DNA of 39,558 bases from an uncultured Acetatifactor sp. (GTDB taxonomy: Bacteria > Bacillota > Clostridia > Lachnospirales > Lachnospiraceae), in contig CAZUAP010000001.1 in the NCBI GenBank assembly GCA_964617975.1, positions 1-39,558 of the forward strand, given 5' to 3'. A program made the position numbers and the translations under genes. The first letter of the stretch is position 1; each line of letters begins with the position of its first letter. Of this stretch, positions 37,707 to 39,558 are shown piece after piece. Below the pieces are notes generated by a model that did not search any database, was not told the DNA's origin, and saw nothing but the letters and a program-made list of their open reading frames with translations.

Positions 37707-38828
37707 ATGCCGAAACAAGGCAAAAATATCTATCTGAGGAAGGATGGACGATGGGAAGGCAGATATATCAAGGAGCGAGTCAGCGGAAAAGCACGGTACG
37801 GCTACGTTTTTGGCAAGTCCTACGAGGAGGCTTTGAACAAACTGGTACAGGCAACCTGCATGTCTACCGACACCCAAAACCAACCCTCGATAACATTTGG
37901 GTCCGTTTCATCAGAGTGGCTTGCTGTCCAGAGTCCAGAACTAAAGGCATCAAGTGTCGCACGGTACAGAAATCTGCTGAATTCATACATTCTCCCACAG
38001 TTTTCTACGAGCATAATTCAGGAAATTCAGCGTAGCGAGATAGTCGTATTCAGCAGGAATCTGCTAACATCTGGCGGAGCGCACTCCCAGGGATTAGCTC
38101 CAAAAACCGTCAACAGCGCGCTTTCCGTTCTAAAGAATGTATTTACCTACGCATCTAACGAAAAGGGCATACTCGTGGCCGATATCAAAGACATCTCCGT
38201 AAAACAGCCACAAAAGCCCATGCGTATCCTCAGTAAAGGGGAGCAAAAAGTACTGAGCGAATATCTGTGTTCAGACCCTACACCGTGTCACATAGGAATT
38301 CTTCTGTCTCTTTACACTGGCTTGAGGATAGGAGAAGTATGCGCACTCCGATGGCAGGATATCCGTGTAGAGGAGCAGTACCTCTATATCCATCAGACGA
38401 TGCAGAGGATACAAGTCGATGGTGACGGAAGAAAGCGTACCGAGGTGGTTATATTGCCGCCTAAGAGTGACTGCTCCATACGAAGGATTCCAATCCCGGA
38501 TGAGGTGCTGCGTCTGTTGAAGACCGTGCAGAGGCAGGATGACGCATTTCTGCTTACGGGACTGGTACACAGTTATATTGAACCTCGATGTCTGGAAAAC
38601 CGCTTCAAGGCAGTCACCAAAGAATGCGGACTGAAAGGCGTAAACTATCATGCACTTCGCCACACCTTTGCGACCAGATGTGTTGAATTGGGATTCGACA
38701 TTAAGAGCCTGAGCGAAATTCTGGGACATGCAAGCGTAAACATCACTCTCAATCGTTATGTCCATCCGTCTATGGATCTCAAGCAACGGAACATGAACCT
38801 GCTCTCTGAGCTCCTGACCACAAAATAA
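37707..38828 (+). CDS. Tyrosine recombinase (integrase family), probable invertase
   Basis: TGLRIGE (R), PKS (K), HALRH (HxxR), LGH...RY (H, Y). N-terminal arm-binding-like RKDGRWEGRY. RBS AAGGAGGTG. Confidence 0.95.
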   Translation: MPKQGKNIYLRKDGRWEGRYIKERVSGKARYGYVFGKSYEEALNKLVQATCMSTDTQNQPSITFGSVSSEWLAVQSPELKASSVARYRNLLNSYILPQFSTSIIQEIQRSEIVVFSRNLLTSGGAHSQGLAPKTVNSALSVLKNVFTYASNEKGILVADIKDISVKQPQKPMRILSKGEQKVLSEYLCSDPTPCHIGILLSLYTGLRIGEVCALRWQDIRVEEQYLYIHQTMQRIQVDGDGRKRTEVVILPPKSDCSIRRIPIPDEVLRLLKTVQRQDDAFLLTGLVHSYIEPRCLENRFKAVTKECGLKGVNYHALRHTFATRCVELGFDIKSLSEILGHASVNITLNRYVHPSMDLKQRNMNLLSELLTTK

Positions 38829-38847
38829 GCCGTCAATTTCAGCCGTC

Positions 38848-38894
38848 AAAAAGCCGCCAGAACCCCACCGAATCAGGGGTTGTGGCGGTCTTTT
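38848..38894 (+). terminator. Hairpin plus T-run after the recombinase gene, inside the invertible segment
   Basis: CCGCCA.AACCCC / GGGGTT.TGGCGG stem followed by TCTTTT. Confidence 0.6.
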
Positions 38895-38913
38895 CGTAGA
38901 GTAAAGCACTCTA
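38894..38913. repeat. Right inverted repeat / core-type site
   Basis: TTTCGTAGAGT-AAAGC-ACTCTACGAAA: 11-bp dyad arms around an asymmetric spacer. Confidence 0.9.
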
Positions 38914-39012
38914 CGAAATTTTTTACACTTTTTTGTCCGAAAGCCTACCTGCACGTCTGTCTATAAATCACTCTGAAAGCCCGAAAAGTCAAGTCATACT
39001 CACAGAGTACCG

Positions 39013-39063
39013 AAAATAAAAAATCGCCCGGAGCCAGCCTCAATGAAGAGGTCGGTTCCGGGC
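39013..39063 (-). terminator. Probable terminator insulating the switch from transcription arriving from the right
   Basis: GCCCGGAGCC / GGTTCCGGGC stem with a T-rich tail on the minus strand. Confidence 0.5.
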
Positions 39064-39070
39064 TTCTTGC

Positions 39071-39224
39071 TGTTGTCATACAATTTAGTTTTGCCTGTGC
39101 CTGTTGTCGGAGGGTGTTGTCAAACGGTCTTCTGCTGTTGCTGTTTTCTTTATGGGTGTTGTCACTTTCTCTGTTGCTGTTGTCACACCCGACCACACTG
39201 TTGCCGTTGTGCATGTGGTAGTTG
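39071..39224. repeat. Phased TGTTG(TC) repeats with 21-bp period
   Basis: TGTTG at 39115, 39136, 39157, 39178 and 39199, AGTTG at 39220, plus out-of-phase copies at 39071, 39102 and 39172. Confidence 0.75.
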
Positions 39225-39329
39225 AGCATAAAGAAAGAGCTACCGGAGAGTCCCTAATCTCAGAAAGCCCTTGATTTCAAGCCATTCTGCCGTTCTGACA
39301 ACGGCATTTATTTGTATCAATTCTTGGGT

Positions 39330-39542
39330 TTACATTTCTGCGAATATGCCAGCCAGTACCCATTCCGGATTTTTCTGTATGTATTCCGTGTAGTGTGTGA
39401 CCTGCGTTTCGTAGCTGGTTTCCTGCTCCTCGGAATCTGTACTGACACGGCAGTAGGCTGCGACGCGGAGCTTTTTCTGTTCGGATTGTTTTACTGTGTT
39501 TCCGACCTGCCTTCTGGCCGGGATGACCATTACGTTCCCCAT
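39330..39542 (-). pseudogene. 5' fragment of a large serine recombinase, truncated after GIFA
   Basis: [19 protein letters not shown]...WVLAGIFA then EM* where D(E/D)GISG is expected. TAATG overlap with an upstream gene outside the window. Confidence 0.88.
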
Positions 39543-39558
39543 TAGATTGCCTCGCTTT

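Noticed and set aside
37527-38913. Reading the recombinase as the prophage integrase with attL/attR
   Set aside because: The two sites are inverted and only 1.4 kb apart, which predicts inversion rather than excision.
38271-38954. 227-aa minus-strand ORF
   Set aside because: Antisense to the recombinase and crosses the right inverted repeat; no motif.
39071-39224. CRISPR array
   Set aside because: Repeats are only 5-8 bp, with no repeat-spacer structure. The DUF2800 Cas4-like gene is a phage replication gene, and no cas operon is present.
38945-39229. 94-aa minus-strand and 60-aa Cys-rich plus-strand ORFs
   Set aside because: Their composition is explained by the TGTTG repeat tract and hairpin; no convincing RBS.
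39300-39340. Group II intron inserted in the serine recombinase gene
   Set aside because: No GUGYG 5' end at the junction and no reverse transcriptase in the window.

Overview
Part of a prophage-like composite element from a Firmicute, probably Clostridia. Almost all genes are on the minus strand. Reading left to right: (1) 1-12.1 kb is a relatively GC-rich phage replication module: HNH start, RinA/ArpU-like activator, SNF2 helicase, VRR-NUC, VirE-type primase-helicase, family A DNA polymerase, DUF2815 SSB-like protein, a frameshifted DUF2800 nuclease and a sigma-like regulator. (2) 12.1-15 kb holds an ImmA/IrrE-like metallopeptidase-HTH gene and a paralogous HTH gene. (3) 15-18.4 kb is a restriction-modification cassette: HTH controller, two C5 methyltransferases and an HNH endonuclease. 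(4) 18.6-37.4 kb is a tightly coupled 18-gene operon: XRE, HerA-like ATPase, helical protein, papain-fold polymorphic toxin with a candidate immunity gene, S1-fused EssC/FtsK-like ATPase, membrane and TPR-like proteins, NrdG-like radical SAM enzyme, Ser/Thr kinase, FHA protein, ClpB-like AAA+ ATPase, YccF and a tandem zinc-ribbon array. (5) 37.5-38.9 kb is a tyrosine recombinase gene flanked by a perfect 20-bp inverted repeat shaped like a recombinase core site. It also encloses a consensus sigma-A promoter that points into the operon, so it is a candidate ON/OFF inversion switch, here in the ON orientation. (6) The right end has 21-bp phased repeats and a serine recombinase gene that is cut off abruptly. 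The best candidate for an undescribed system is this phase-variable toxin/ATPase/kinase/radical-SAM operon. All family assignments come from motif recognition by eye; no database search was run.
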